The notes beneath the pieces were generated by a model. That model searched no databases. It had not been told where the DNA came from and saw only the letters and a list, made by a program, of their open reading frames with translations. DNA of 56,617 bases, from assembly GCA_964431675.1 (NCBI GenBank), contig CAYSKR010000076.1, positions 1 through 56,617 of the forward strand. Reading direction: 5' to 3'. Positions 17,249-27,409 of the stretch are shown here, piece after piece; within the stretch, counting starts at the first letter, position 1; each line of letters begins with the position of its first letter. The DNA is from an uncultured Myxococcales bacterium. Lineage in GTDB: Bacteria; Myxococcota_A; Polyangia; Fen-1088. Position numbers and translations under genes: made by a program.

Positions 17249-18226
17249 ATGAACAAAGACCTCGGAAAGCCAATCCCGGCGCGCGAGATCACCCCCGAAT
17301 CCTGGTACTTCCACCGGCGCGCGTTCGTGCAGGGTGGGCTCGCTCTTGGGGGCGGCGCGGCACTGGGGCTGGGTGCCGCGGCACCCGCATGGGCCGGAGC
17401 GCCGCCGGCGTGGGCCACTCGATTGACCGCTGAACTGCCCGGCGTCAAGCAGGGCGGCCCGTACCGCGTCGACGAACCGCAAACGCCGTGGAAGGACGTC
17501 ACGGGCTACAACAACTACTACGAGTTCGGCACCGACAAGAGCGACCCGGCCGAGAACGCGCACACCCTGAAGACGCGGCCGTGGACAGTCGCGGTCGAAG
17601 GCGAAGTAAAAAAACCGCAGACGTTTGAGCTCGACAAGCTGCTCAGGCTTTTTCCGCTGGAAGAGCGGATCTACCGCCTGCGCTGCGTCGAGGCATGGTC
17701 GATGGTGATCCCGTGGGTCGGGTTCCCGCTCGGCGCACTGGTCAAGCTGGTCGAGCCGACGGCGAACGCCAAGTTCGTCGCTTTCACCAGCGTGCATCGA
17801 CCCGAGCAGATGCCAGGGCAACGTCGCCCGGTGCTCGAATGGCCGTACGTGGAGGGGTTGCGCATCGACGAGGCGGTGCATCCTTTGACCTTGATGGCCG
17901 TCGGTCTGTACGGTCGCGTTCTTCCGAACCAGAACGGCGCACCCATGCGACTTGTCGTCCCCTGGAAGTACGGATTCAAGGGAATCAAGGGCATCGTAAA
18001 AATACGCTTCGTCGCCAAACCGCCGCCGACGGCCTGGAATGTTTCGTCCCCGAATGAGTACGGCTTTTATTCCAACGTGAATCCGGATGTCGATCACCCG
18101 CGCTGGAGCCAGGCGCGTGAACGGCGCATCGGCGAGTTTTTGAAACGCAAGACGCTGCCGTTCAACGGCTACGCGACCGAGGTTGCCCACCTGTACCAGG
18201 GGATGGACCCCAAGAAATTCTTCTAG
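17249..18226 (+). CDS. msrP: protein-methionine-sulfoxide reductase catalytic subunit MsrP (YedY)
   Basis: Tat-type signal ([15 protein letters not shown]...AWA), [40 protein letters not shown]. Confidence 0.9.
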   Translation: MNKDLGKPIPAREITPESWYFHRRAFVQGGLALGGGAALGLGAAAPAWAGAPPAWATRLTAELPGVKQGGPYRVDEPQTPWKDVTGYNNYYEFGTDKSDPAENAHTLKTRPWTVAVEGEVKKPQTFELDKLLRLFPLEERIYRLRCVEAWSMVIPWVGFPLGALVKLVEPTANAKFVAFTSVHRPEQMPGQRRPVLEWPYVEGLRIDEAVHPLTLMAVGLYGRVLPNQNGAPMRLVVPWKYGFKGIKGIVKIRFVAKPPPTAWNVSSPNEYGFYSNVNPDVDHPRWSQARERRIGEFLKRKTLPFNGYATEVAHLYQGMDPKKFF

Positions 18227-18228
18227 CC

Positions 18229-18843
18229 GTGGGCGACGCATCCGGTGCCAGCAGGAAGCCGTACCGCTGGCTCAAGCCGGTGACGGCCGTGCTCGGTCTG
18301 GTGCCGCTGGCGGTCATTGGCGCGCGCTTTTTTCTTGGCGCGCTGGGGGCGAATCCGATCGCGACCGGGCTGAACCAGGTCGGCCTGTGGACCCTGATCC
18401 TGTTGCTCGCGTCGCTCGCGTGTTCGCCCATCAAGACCGTGCTGGGATGGACGTGGCAGATGCGCATCCGGCGCATGCTCGGCCTGCTGACATTCTTCTA
18501 CGCGCTGGTCCACTTCCTCGTGTACATCGGTGCCGACCAGTATTTCGACTGGGACGAGATCTGGAAGGACATTGTCAAGCGCAAGTTCATGACGGTGGGA
18601 TTCTTCGCGTTGATGATCTTGTTGCCCCTGGCCGTGACGTCAACCAACAAGATGGTGAAACGGCTTGGCTTCGTGCGCTGGAAACGGCTGCACCGCCTCG
18701 TGTACGTCGCTGCGGTGGCGGCGATCGTGCATTTCATCTGGCGGGTCAAGGCGGACCTGCTCGATCCTCTCATTTACGCCGGTGTGCTCGCGGTGCTGAT
18801 GGGGATTCGAGTGGTGCAAGCGTTGCGAAAGCCAGCGCCATGA
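18229..18843 (+). CDS. msrQ: MsrQ (YedZ) haem-binding membrane subunit
   Basis: 204 aa, multi-pass membrane protein with conserved His (LVHFLVY, IVHFIW). Starts 3 nt after msrP. Confidence 0.85.
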   Translation: MGDASGASRKPYRWLKPVTAVLGLVPLAVIGARFFLGALGANPIATGLNQVGLWTLILLLASLACSPIKTVLGWTWQMRIRRMLGLLTFFYALVHFLVYIGADQYFDWDEIWKDIVKRKFMTVGFFALMILLPLAVTSTNKMVKRLGFVRWKRLHRLVYVAAVAAIVHFIWRVKADLLDPLIYAGVLAVLMGIRVVQALRKPAP

Positions 18844-20531
18844 CGACCTCGGCCATCGCTGCTTTGGCCCGCGAATACTGGGAGGAGCGCCTTGCCGCCG
18901 ATCCGATCGAGGCCACGCTGCTCGGTGATCGGCGCCGCGACGCCGAGATGCCTGACCTGTCGCCCGCATCGGACGCCCGGCAGATCTTGCGCCTTCGCGG
19001 CCTGCTCGCCAGGGTCAACGCCACGGCGGTCCAGGGCCTTCCATCCAACGACCGAATCACCCGCGCATCGCTGGCGCGAGAGATCGAAACCGATCTGACC
19101 CATCGGGAATGTGGACTTTCAGATTGGACGGTCGATGCGCGCGAGGGGCCGCAGGTGCTATTCCAAAACTTGGCGTCCCTTCAGACGTTCAAGACGCAGG
19201 GGGAGGGGATGGCACTGCTGGCGCGCTGGCGCAAGATCGGGGCCGACATCGATCAACGCACGGCCAACCTGGGGCGCGCGCTCGCGAACGGCAACGTCGC
19301 ACCGGCGGGGAACGTCCGCCGTGTTGTGCGCCAGATGGATGAACTGCTGGCGCTGTCGGCGGCTGACTGGCCGCTGATGCTTCCCGCGAAACATGCACTC
19401 GATGACTGGGAAACCGCCGCAGCCACCTCCTTCCGGGACGGCCTTGCCGATGTCGTGCAGAATGAGATTCGACCGGCGTTTGTCCGCTACCGCAATTTTC
19501 TCAGGGATGGAGTTTTGCCGGTTGCGCGCGACGACGCGCACGCGGGCCTGCTTCACACCCGTGGTGGCCTCGAAAACTACGCGCGTCTTGCGGTCGCCCA
19601 CACGACGTTGACGCTGCTGCCGACCGAGCTTCACCGCATCGGCCTGGACGAGCTCGCTCGCGTTCGCAGCGAAATGCAAGAACTCGGCGCGCGCTTCTTT
19701 GGCACGCCCGACCTGGCGAAGATTCAACAGCGCATGCGTTCCGATGCGTCGCTGTATTTCACGACGAGAGAGGAAGTCGAAGACAAGGCCAGGTCTGCGT
19801 TGGCTCGCGCCGAAGCCGTATTGCCGGCGTGGATCGGGTGCCTGCCGCGCACGCCCTGCCGCGTGCTGCGCATCGAGCCGTTCGAGGAAAAGGACACGAC
19901 GATCGCGTATTACCGGCAGCCCGCCATGGACGGCAGCCGGCCCGGAACTTACTTCATCAACACCTATGCGCCGCAGACGCGACCGCGGTTCGAGGCCGAG
20001 GTTCTCGCGTTTCATGAATCGGTGCCCGGACACCACACGCAGATCGCCCTCGGGCAAGAGCGATCTTTTTTACCCGAGTTTCGCAAGCACGCGGGCGTGA
20101 CCGCATACGTCGAGGGCTGGGCGCTTTACAGCGAGCGCCTGGCCGATGAAATGGGTCTGTATTCTTCCGACCTCGACCGAATGGGCATGCTCAGCTTCGA
20201 CGCCTGGCGCTGTAGCCGTTTGGTGGTCGACACCGGCATTCACGCGATGGGCTGGTCGCGCGCGCGTGCGGTGCAGTACATGCTCGACAACACGGTGCTG
20301 GCCGAGAACAACATCCACAACGAGGTCGATCGGTACATCTCCTGGCCAGGGCAGGCGCTGGCGTACAAGATCGGGCAACTTGAAATCGCACGCCTGCGCC
20401 GCGAAACCGAGGTTCGCCTCGGGCGTCGCTTCGATATCCGTTCGTTCCACGATCTCGTGCTCGGGCACGGTGCGCTTCCGTTGATGACATTGCGGGCCGA
20501 GGTCGAGGCGTGGCCGGGTGCGGCGGCGTGA
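18840..20531 (+). CDS. DUF885-family protein
   Basis: Real start is M220 (ATG 18840, ATGA overlap with the msrQ stop) of track ORF 18183..20531. [12 protein letters not shown] and [14 protein letters not shown] resemble DUF885. Confidence 0.8.
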   Translation: MTTSAIAALAREYWEERLAADPIEATLLGDRRRDAEMPDLSPASDARQILRLRGLLARVNATAVQGLPSNDRITRASLAREIETDLTHRECGLSDWTVDAREGPQVLFQNLASLQTFKTQGEGMALLARWRKIGADIDQRTANLGRALANGNVAPAGNVRRVVRQMDELLALSAADWPLMLPAKHALDDWETAAATSFRDGLADVVQNEIRPAFVRYRNFLRDGVLPVARDDAHAGLLHTRGGLENYARLAVAHTTLTLLPTELHRIGLDELARVRSEMQELGARFFGTPDLAKIQQRMRSDASLYFTTREEVEDKARSALARAEAVLPAWIGCLPRTPCRVLRIEPFEEKDTTIAYYRQPAMDGSRPGTYFINTYAPQTRPRFEAEVLAFHESVPGHHTQIALGQERSFLPEFRKHAGVTAYVEGWALYSERLADEMGLYSSDLDRMGMLSFDAWRCSRLVVDTGIHAMGWSRARAVQYMLDNTVLAENNIHNEVDRYISWPGQALAYKIGQLEIARLRRETEVRLGRRFDIRSFHDLVLGHGALPLMTLRAEVEAWPGAAA

Positions 20532-20563
20532 CACGCATGGTAAAGATACGGCGTCAGCCATGC

Positions 20564-20637
<74 letters not shown>

Positions 20638-20641
20638 CAGA

Positions 20642-21826
20642 ATGCACCGCGCCGTCACGGTTGGATGCTTGAGTCAACTCTTGCTCTTGCTTGTGGGGTG
20701 CGGGCCGAGCGCGGACGAGCCGATGGGCTCGCCTGATTCGTACTTGCTTTTCTGGACGGACGGCACCAAGTCGGCACCCAACGCCCTGCCGGTCTTGAAA
20801 CCGCTGGGCCTGTCCGACGAGCGCGGGACACCTGCCAGCAAGCTGTTCGAGAGTGGCTTTGGTTCGGAGATGGTCCGCACGCTCTATCTCGCCAAGCAAC
20901 TGGTGCGCGAAATGGACGTCGGCGCAAAGCGCTTCTCTGCGGCGGCGCGTCGTTTGGCCACCGAACCTCTGTGCGTCGTGATTGGTGTACCCACGCCAGG
21001 CTTTTCGAGGGGCCTTGCCGTGCATCGCTGGCTCGGCGCTCCGGTCGAGCACCCGGATCTGCCATGGCTCGGCCTGCCCGCAGGCTACGCGGACGATCAA
21101 GCCTTGGCTCAGACCGTATCTGCCTTGCTCGCCCCGCACGCGGTATCCATGGTGACGGCCGGGGCAACCGCCGATCGCGACCTGCTCGTCACCGCGTTTC
21201 GCATGGCCATCGAAGTCATCGCGCGCGAATGGCGGACGGAGCGCGGACCGATGAGCGGGGTGCCCTCGACCGCTGGAACGGCTGAGCAGCGCGCCACCTT
21301 CGCCGACATCCGGGAAAACCGCTTCGTGCTCGACAGCGTCGGCAGCGATCTGCGCGATGCCGAGTCGCTGCTCAACCATCCCGGCGTGGCGGCCACGGTG
21401 ATCTACCGCATGGCCCAGTCGAGGGGCGTCGCCCAGCGCGTGGCACCCAAGGATTTCTACGTCCCGCTAGCGCCGGGGCGACTACCCGAAGGTGTAAGCC
21501 CGGCGGCCGTTCTGGGCCCGTTTCGCAACTTCACCGCCAAACTTCTTGGTGCGTGGGCCAGGGCGGTGCTGCGCGGCCAGGTGCCGCACGACCTCGTCGA
21601 CCTGATCGAAATCTACGGCACGGAGTTTCCCGCTGAAAAGCCCGAGGTCTTGCGCATCTTCTTGGTCACCACGTTCGGCGGCACCGTCAATCCGGGGGGC
21701 GTTTCGCGCCGCCCCGAGGATGCAAAAGCCACCATCGCGGAACTCGGTGCCCTGGCGCTGGAAGTGGTTGCCGGACGGAAAAGCTTGCGCGACGGGGTAT
21801 CCTTGAGCAAGAAACCCCCACGATGA
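20642..21826 (+). CDS. hypothetical lipoprotein
   Basis: 394 aa. Signal and lipobox [21 protein letters not shown]. No recognised domain. ATGA overlap with fcl. Confidence 0.7.
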   Translation: MHRAVTVGCLSQLLLLLVGCGPSADEPMGSPDSYLLFWTDGTKSAPNALPVLKPLGLSDERGTPASKLFESGFGSEMVRTLYLAKQLVREMDVGAKRFSAAARRLATEPLCVVIGVPTPGFSRGLAVHRWLGAPVEHPDLPWLGLPAGYADDQALAQTVSALLAPHAVSMVTAGATADRDLLVTAFRMAIEVIAREWRTERGPMSGVPSTAGTAEQRATFADIRENRFVLDSVGSDLRDAESLLNHPGVAATVIYRMAQSRGVAQRVAPKDFYVPLAPGRLPEGVSPAAVLGPFRNFTAKLLGAWARAVLRGQVPHDLVDLIEIYGTEFPAEKPEVLRIFLVTTFGGTVNPGGVSRRPEDAKATIAELGALALEVVAGRKSLRDGVSLSKKPPR

Positions 21827-22782
21827 CGACTTCTCCTCTGGTCGGCCGTCGCGTTGTTGTCACCGGAGGCGCGGGCTTTCTCGGCAGCTTCGTGGTGGAT
21901 GTCCTGCGCAGCCGGGGCGTGACGGATGTCTTCGTGCCGCGCAGCCGTGACTACAACCTGGTTGACCGCGACGCCTGCCGCCGCCTGCTGGCCGATCGGC
22001 GCCCTGACGTGGTGTTTCACCTGGCCGCCCGCGTTGGCGGGATCGGCGCGAACCGCGAAAACCCCGGTCTGTTCTTGTTCGAGAACGCCGCCATGGGGTT
22101 GCTGCTCTTGGAAGAATGCCGCCTCGCCAAGGTCGGGAAGGTCATCGTGGCTGGGACCATCTGTGCGTATCCAAAGTTTGCTCCCGTGCCGTTCAAGGAA
22201 GACGACATGTGGAACGGCTATCCCGAAGAAACCAATGCTCCGTACGGCATCGCCAAGAAGTTGCTTCTGGTGCAATCGGCGGCGTATCGCGATCAGTACG
22301 GCATGAACAGCATTGTCCTGTTTCCAGTCAACCTTTACGGCCCGCGCGACAACTTTGATCTCAAGTCATCGCATGTCATCCCGGCGATGATTCGCAAGTG
22401 CGTCGTTGCGCGGGACGCGGGTCAGTCCGAGGTCGTTCTGTGGGGAGACGGCACTCCGACGCGCGAATTCATCTACGTCGAGGACGCGGCGCGCGGGTTG
22501 GTCCTCGGTGCCGAGCGCTACGATTCGAGCGATCCGGTCAACATCGGCAGCGGGCAGGAAATTGCCATCAAGGATCTCGCACGGTTGATCGCCGATGCGA
22601 CCGGATTTCGCGGGACGTTCGCCTGGGACTCGAGCCAGCCCAACGGTCAGCCGCGCCGTCGCCTTGATGTCACAAGGGCCAAGCAGCGTTTCGGCTTTTC
22701 AGCGGAGACCAGCTTCGCCGACGGCATTCGCAAGACGGTCACGTTTTTCGAAGAACAGCGGCGCAAAGGGAACATGTCGTGA
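21823..22782 (+). CDS. fcl: GDP-L-fucose synthase (GDP-4-keto-6-deoxymannose 3,5-epimerase/4-reductase)
   Basis: [32 protein letters not shown] (YxxxK), [20 protein letters not shown], and [15 protein letters not shown] follow the Fcl/WcaG pattern. Confidence 0.85.
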   Translation: MTTSPLVGRRVVVTGGAGFLGSFVVDVLRSRGVTDVFVPRSRDYNLVDRDACRRLLADRRPDVVFHLAARVGGIGANRENPGLFLFENAAMGLLLLEECRLAKVGKVIVAGTICAYPKFAPVPFKEDDMWNGYPEETNAPYGIAKKLLLVQSAAYRDQYGMNSIVLFPVNLYGPRDNFDLKSSHVIPAMIRKCVVARDAGQSEVVLWGDGTPTREFIYVEDAARGLVLGAERYDSSDPVNIGSGQEIAIKDLARLIADATGFRGTFAWDSSQPNGQPRRRLDVTRAKQRFGFSAETSFADGIRKTVTFFEEQRRKGNMS

Positions 22783-23786
22783 GCAAGAAGGCACTCATCA
22801 CCGGGATCACGGGCCAGGACGGTTCATACCTGTCTGAGCTGCTCCTGGCAAAAGGCTACGAGGTCTACGGTGTCATTCGCCGCTCAAGCTCGTTCAACAC
22901 GGAGCGGCTCGAAGGCATCTACCAGGATCCTCACACCGCGAATTACCGTCTACGGCTGGTCTACGGCGATCTCGAGGACGGCAGCTCGCTGACCGCGCTC
23001 GCCGAGGACATCAAGCCCGACGAGATCTACAACCTCGGCGCGCAAAGCCACGTGCGCGTGAGCTTCGACGTTCCCGAGTACACCGCATCGACGGTGGCCA
23101 TCGGTACCCTGCGGTTGCTCGAAGTGCTGCGCAAGCTCGGCAAGGAGACGCGCTTTTACCAGGCGTCGTCGAGCGAGATGTTCGGCGGAGCGCGACCGCC
23201 GCAAAGCGAGAAGACGGCGTTTGAGCCACGCAGTCCGTACGCCTGCGCGAAGGTTTTTGCTCACCACGTGTGCCAGAACTACCGCGAAGCCTACGGCCTG
23301 TTCATTTGCTGCGGCATTCTGTTCAACCACGAATCGCCACGACGTGGCATTCCCTTCGTCACCCGCAAGATCACGCGGGCGGCGGCGCGAATCAAACATG
23401 GCCTGGAATCGAAGCTGTACCTCGGCAACCTGGATGCGAAGCGCGACTGGGGTTTTGCCGGCGATTACGTGGAAGCGATGTGGCTCATGCTTCAGCAGTC
23501 GTCGCCGGATGATTACGTCATCGCCACCGGTGAATCCCACTCGGTTCGCGAATGCCTCGAAGTCGCGTTCGGCACCCTTGGTCTTGATTGGCAAAAGTTC
23601 GTTGAAGTTGATCCGCGGTATTTTCGCCCGACCGAGGTCGACCATCTGCTCGGAGATTCGCAGCGGGCCCGAGACAAGCTCGGCTGGACGCCCAAGGTGA
23701 AGTTCAAGGAACTGATCGAGATGATGGCCCGTGCGGACGAGGCCGACGTGCGCGCCACCCTGGCAGGGCGTACACCGAAGGTCTGA
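22779..23786 (+). CDS. gmd: GDP-mannose 4,6-dehydratase
   Basis: [81 protein letters not shown]. Confidence 0.95.
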   Translation: MSKKALITGITGQDGSYLSELLLAKGYEVYGVIRRSSSFNTERLEGIYQDPHTANYRLRLVYGDLEDGSSLTALAEDIKPDEIYNLGAQSHVRVSFDVPEYTASTVAIGTLRLLEVLRKLGKETRFYQASSSEMFGGARPPQSEKTAFEPRSPYACAKVFAHHVCQNYREAYGLFICCGILFNHESPRRGIPFVTRKITRAAARIKHGLESKLYLGNLDAKRDWGFAGDYVEAMWLMLQQSSPDDYVIATGESHSVRECLEVAFGTLGLDWQKFVEVDPRYFRPTEVDHLLGDSQRARDKLGWTPKVKFKELIEMMARADEADVRATLAGRTPKV

Positions 23787-23794
23787 CACCGGCC

Positions 23795-24643
23795 ATGCGC
23801 GCGATTGTTTTTGGAGGGCAGGGGATGCTCGGCCGTGCGCTGACCGCGGGATTGCCCGAGTTTGGATTTTCGCTGGTCGCGTCGCTGGGACACGGTGAGT
23901 GCAACATCGGCGACGCGCACGCTGTGCGGGAAGTGATCGGCAAACATCGTCCCGACGCGGTGTTCAACGCCGCCGCATACACCGACGTGGACGGGGCCGA
24001 ATCGCATGCCGACGAGAGTTATCGGGCCAACGCGCTGGGCCCGGAAAACTTGGCCCGCGCGTGCGAAGGGCAGGGCGCAAAATTATTGCATGTCTCCACC
24101 GACTTCGTCTTCGACGGGGAGCAGGCGCGCCCCTACGATGAATTCGATCCGCCTGCGCCGCAGTCCGTGTACGCGCGCAGCAAGGTGGCAGGTGAGGGCC
24201 TCGCGCGGGCGGCCTGCGCGCGCACCTTCGTCGTGCGGGTTGGATGCCTGTACGGCCGCAGCGGCCGCAACTTCCCGTCGACGATTCTGCGGCGTCTGCG
24301 GGCCGGGGAAACGATTCGCGCCGATCGAGAACGACACGGCTCCCCGACCTGGGTGACACCCGTGGTCCGCGTGCTGGCCGCGCTGTGCCGCACGAATGAC
24401 TTTGGCGTCTACCACTGCACCGCGCACGGCGAAACCACGTGGGCAGACTACGCGCTGTTTGTTGCCACCGAGTTGGGCCTTCCGGCCTCGCGCGTCGAGG
24501 CGTTGCCCAACGCGGCGCTCTCGCTCAAGGCCGCGCGGCCGCGCCGCGCCATCCTGGACAAACGCATGTTGGGTATGCGCGGCCTCGACACGCTGGGCAC
24601 GTGGCAAGAACAGGCCCGCGCCTACATCGCATCCGAAACCTAG
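23795..24643 (+). CDS. RmlD-family sugar nucleotide 4-reductase (dTDP-4-dehydrorhamnose reductase-like)
   Basis: MRAIVFGGQGMLG, NAAAYTDVDGAE, LHVSTDFVFDG, SVYARSK (YxxxK). No rmlA/B/C nearby. Confidence 0.8.
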   Translation: MRAIVFGGQGMLGRALTAGLPEFGFSLVASLGHGECNIGDAHAVREVIGKHRPDAVFNAAAYTDVDGAESHADESYRANALGPENLARACEGQGAKLLHVSTDFVFDGEQARPYDEFDPPAPQSVYARSKVAGEGLARAACARTFVVRVGCLYGRSGRNFPSTILRRLRAGETIRADRERHGSPTWVTPVVRVLAALCRTNDFGVYHCTAHGETTWADYALFVATELGLPASRVEALPNAALSLKAARPRRAILDKRMLGMRGLDTLGTWQEQARAYIASET

Positions 24644-24659
24644 AAAGCCGCTGCTGGGG

Positions 24660-25247
24660 CTACTTTGAGCCGCCGGCACCGTCGACGCTGCAAGTGTTGC
24701 AGCCCGAGTCGTAGACCTTTTTTTCGCACTCGGTGCGAGGCTCGTAGGTCCAGCCCACAAATTCGGGCGAGCTCGACTGCCGCTTCTTCAGGTAGGCCTC
24801 AACGGCGAGCCGATGTTCCGGGTTTTCAGGGTCGTACAGCTTGGGCTTCAAGACGCGTTCCTCAAGGTACGAGTAGAACGCATCGTCCGTCGGCGTGAGC
24901 TTGCGGCGCCACGGGTGACCTTCGGGAATCTCCGGCAACCATCCGGCGGGCATTTCGATGGCGCCGTTCGGGTGCTTGATTGGACGATCCACCTTGGCCA
25001 CACCGAGCAACTGCCCATTGCGCGCCAGCGTCACACGCTGATCCTGGTCAAGCTCGATGCCGGAGCGTGCCAGGGCATCTCGCAGCGTTTCGATCTTCTC
25101 GCCCCGAATCTCGGCCTCGGTCCGGTAGGCACCGCTGCGCATTTCGGCGCAAACGTCCTTCAGGCAGGCGAAGTCCGCAGTGACGGCGAACAGGCCGGCA
25201 ATCGCGAACAGGAACATGAGGCGCTGAATTTGAACTGGCTTGAGCAT
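24660..25247 (-). CDS. hypothetical exported/membrane-anchored protein
   Basis: ORF 24660..25307, start at M21 giving MLKPVQIQRLMFLFAIAGLFAVTADFAC. Good third-position GC. No recognised domain. Confidence 0.6.
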   Translation of the reverse strand: MLKPVQIQRLMFLFAIAGLFAVTADFACLKDVCAEMRSGAYRTEAEIRGEKIETLRDALARSGIELDQDQRVTLARNGQLLGVAKVDRPIKHPNGAIEMPAGWLPEIPEGHPWRRKLTPTDDAFYSYLEERVLKPKLYDPENPEHRLAVEAYLKKRQSSSPEFVGWTYEPRTECEKKVYDSGCNTCSVDGAGGSK

Positions 25248-25427
25248 GGTCGCGGAGCCTCCGGGAAAGTGAACGCGAAATATAGAGATCCCGGCGATGG
25301 CGGTCAAGCCCGGCCGCGCCCTGAATTCTCCCGGACTGCCATTTGTCCGATAAGGGATATTCTGTCAACTACGATCATGCGGGCACGATCTACCTGCGTT
25401 GCCACGGCGAAACCCGATTGCGGGGAA

Positions 25428-26051
25428 TCAAGAAACCAGGCTCTGCTCTTTGCGTTCGCGCAGCGCCTTTAGTTCGTTGAGCGCGTTCTGGACGGTCGGG
25501 TTGGCCCCCGCGGACGGGTTGGCGGCGATGGCAGCCTCAAGCGCGGCAAGTGCCGTGACGTCCTCGGCCAGGCGTAGCCGGAGCGCCTCATGCATGTCGC
25601 GGAAGACCAGGAAAAAGTCCTGTAGCTCATCGCCCTTGCGCAACGCGCGCAGGTTCGGGCCCAGCTTGCCGTCCCGGATCTTGGCGCACATCGTGGACAT
25701 GTTGAACAGCGGCCCCGCAACCTTGTGGGTGATCCAGATGCCGGCGCCGCCGGTCGACATGACCAGGATGACCCCGAAGCCAATGATGCTCAGCAAGACG
25801 ACCCGATCGTTGCGGTTGAACTCTTCCGCGAGCTCCGCGGCGATGCTCGGGTCGACCAGGCCGGCCATCTGGATGATCTTCGTGGTGTCCTGAGTTGCCT
25901 CGTAGATTTGATATCCGAGGACCGCGCTCAGGAAGATCGCCACGAGCAGGATGAAGCCCGTGTACTTCGACTGAAGTCCTACATCGATCATGAAGTTCCG
26001 CAGGCGGCGTTTGTGCGGGGCCGGCCGGTGTTGTTCTGTATCTGGGCTCAT
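25428..26051 (-). CDS. membrane protein with HAMP-like domain and no output domain
   Basis: ORF 25428..26252, start at M68. Two TM helices (YTGFILLVAIFLSAVLG, VVLLSIIGFGVILVMSTGGAGIWI) then HKVAGPLFNMSTMCAKIRDGKLG...KGDELQDFFLVFRDMHEAL. Confidence 0.7.
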   Translation of the reverse strand: MSPDTEQHRPAPHKRRLRNFMIDVGLQSKYTGFILLVAIFLSAVLGYQIYEATQDTTKIIQMAGLVDPSIAAELAEEFNRNDRVVLLSIIGFGVILVMSTGGAGIWITHKVAGPLFNMSTMCAKIRDGKLGPNLRALRKGDELQDFFLVFRDMHEALRLRLAEDVTALAALEAAIAANPSAGANPTVQNALNELKALRERKEQSLVS

Positions 26052-26089
26052 GCGGTTCGTCCTCTTTCCTGCGGTCTTGGTGCGATCCA

Positions 26090-26887
26090 CTATCCCCCTT
26101 GGGACTGAAGAAATTTGGTCAGATCTTCGGCAAGCTGAACCGCGGATGCGTCCAGACAATCGCGTCGCGCGTTGCGTTCGTCTTGCGCGCGCGATCCGCC
26201 GGAAACCGCAGCGCCCGCGCTGGTCCATAGCAAGATGCTCTTGGACGGCCACCGGGCCACGGTCACTTTCACGTCGCAGTTGGTTTCTGTCGCACCGCTG
26301 ACGATTCCGGTGTCGAGCCGCGTGATGCGCCCGTCGATCAGGAATCCCAGCGTCGGCGGCTTGCCGTTGCCGTGCTCGGAAAACGTGACCGCCGGGAGCT
26401 TCGCCAGTTCCCGCTTGAGCGCCTCCCGTAAGATCTCGAGCGCCTCGCTGTCGACGTTCCGCGTGCCGACCGAGAATGGCCCAATCGTCAGGAAAATCGT
26501 GCCGCGTTTGTCGGAACCGGGCACCGTCTTCGGTCCTCCGCTCAGATGCGCCAGCGCTTTGCTAATTTCCCTGCGGACGAATGGGTCTTGCTCGCGCTTT
26601 TGTGCGTCGGTCAGGCCCTGCACCGCCTCCGGGCTCCCCAGCCTTCCCAGCGCTTGAGCCACCACGCCGCGCACCGTCTTGTTGCTATCGCTCAGCGCCT
26701 TCTGCAACGGGCCCACCGCGGCTGGGTCGCCGATCTTTCCCAGCGCCAGCGCGGCGGCGAGACGAACCTTGTAACTACGGTCTTCCAGCAAGGGCTTGGC
26801 GAGGTCGTCGACCTTCCCCGCGCGCGCGCCGGGCGCAAGCACGAGGAGAATCGCGGCCACGATCGCGGCGAACCAGCGGTTATTCAT
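26090..26887 (-). CDS. HEAT-repeat exported protein
   Basis: Signal MNNRWFAAIVAAILLVLAPGARA. HEAT/PBS repeats (DRSYKVRLAAALALGKIGDPAAVGPL, DSNKTVRGVVAQALGRLGSPEAV). C-terminal half unassigned. Confidence 0.7.
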   Translation of the reverse strand: MNNRWFAAIVAAILLVLAPGARAGKVDDLAKPLLEDRSYKVRLAAALALGKIGDPAAVGPLQKALSDSNKTVRGVVAQALGRLGSPEAVQGLTDAQKREQDPFVRREISKALAHLSGGPKTVPGSDKRGTIFLTIGPFSVGTRNVDSEALEILREALKRELAKLPAVTFSEHGNGKPPTLGFLIDGRITRLDTGIVSGATETNCDVKVTVARWPSKSILLWTSAGAAVSGGSRAQDERNARRDCLDASAVQLAEDLTKFLQSQGG

Positions 26888-26979
26888 TCCAGGAATCGCA
26901 GCGCCTTATCACTCGACAATAGCAGCACACAGTAACACAGGAAGGGAGGCCGTTCGACGGAATGCGACATGTAGGTTTT

Positions 26980-27009
26980 TTGACTTCATCGCACTACACG
27001 GTCTACCAT
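26980..27009 (+). promoter_or_regulatory. sigma-70-like promoter abutting the PilZ gene start
   Basis: TTGACT (26980-26985), 18 nt, TACCAT (27004-27009), 7 nt (TTGCCCC, no SD), ATG 27017. Confidence 0.4.
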
Positions 27010-27016
27010 TTGCCCC

Positions 27017-27409
27017 ATGAGCACGCCGACCACTTTCCCCGACGCCAACAGATCCGCCTCTGACAAGCGGCAACACCTGCGATTCGACAAAGTTTTCCCG
27101 GTTCGGGTCGAATCGATCTTGTTCGGCGACATTCCTTGCGTTGCACGCAACGTGTCGGAGGGTGGCATTTTTCTGGAAACGCGGGAGCCCCTGCCCCTCG
27201 GCGCCGCGGTGCGGGTTTGCTTCCTGACGCCGAATCAGAGCGCCGAAGTGGTGGCGCTTGGCCAGGTTAGAAACCATTACTTCATCAACTACTCGAGTGG
27301 CGGTGTCACCCGATCGGTGTCCGGGATGGCGATCCGCTTTCGCGGCTTCGAAGAGGAAGGCCGCTACATTCTGCGCGAGTGCTTTGATCGCTTCCGGGTT
27401 CTGCATTGA
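27017..27409 (+). CDS. PilZ-domain protein
   Basis: 130 aa. DKRQHLRFDKVFPVRV...VARNVSEGGIFLET fits the PilZ RxxxR ... (D/N)xSxxG c-di-GMP-binding pattern. Confidence 0.8.
   Translation: MSTPTTFPDANRSASDKRQHLRFDKVFPVRVESILFGDIPCVARNVSEGGIFLETREPLPLGAAVRVCFLTPNQSAEVVALGQVRNHYFINYSSGGVTRSVSGMAIRFRGFEEEGRYILRECFDRFRVLH

Noticed and set aside
18183-18839. N-terminal 219 residues of the 782-aa track ORF 18183..20531.
   Set aside because: This stretch overlaps msrQ (and the msrP 3' end) in another frame and is Arg/Gly-rich. The DUF885 homology and an ATGA-coupled ATG begin at 18840.
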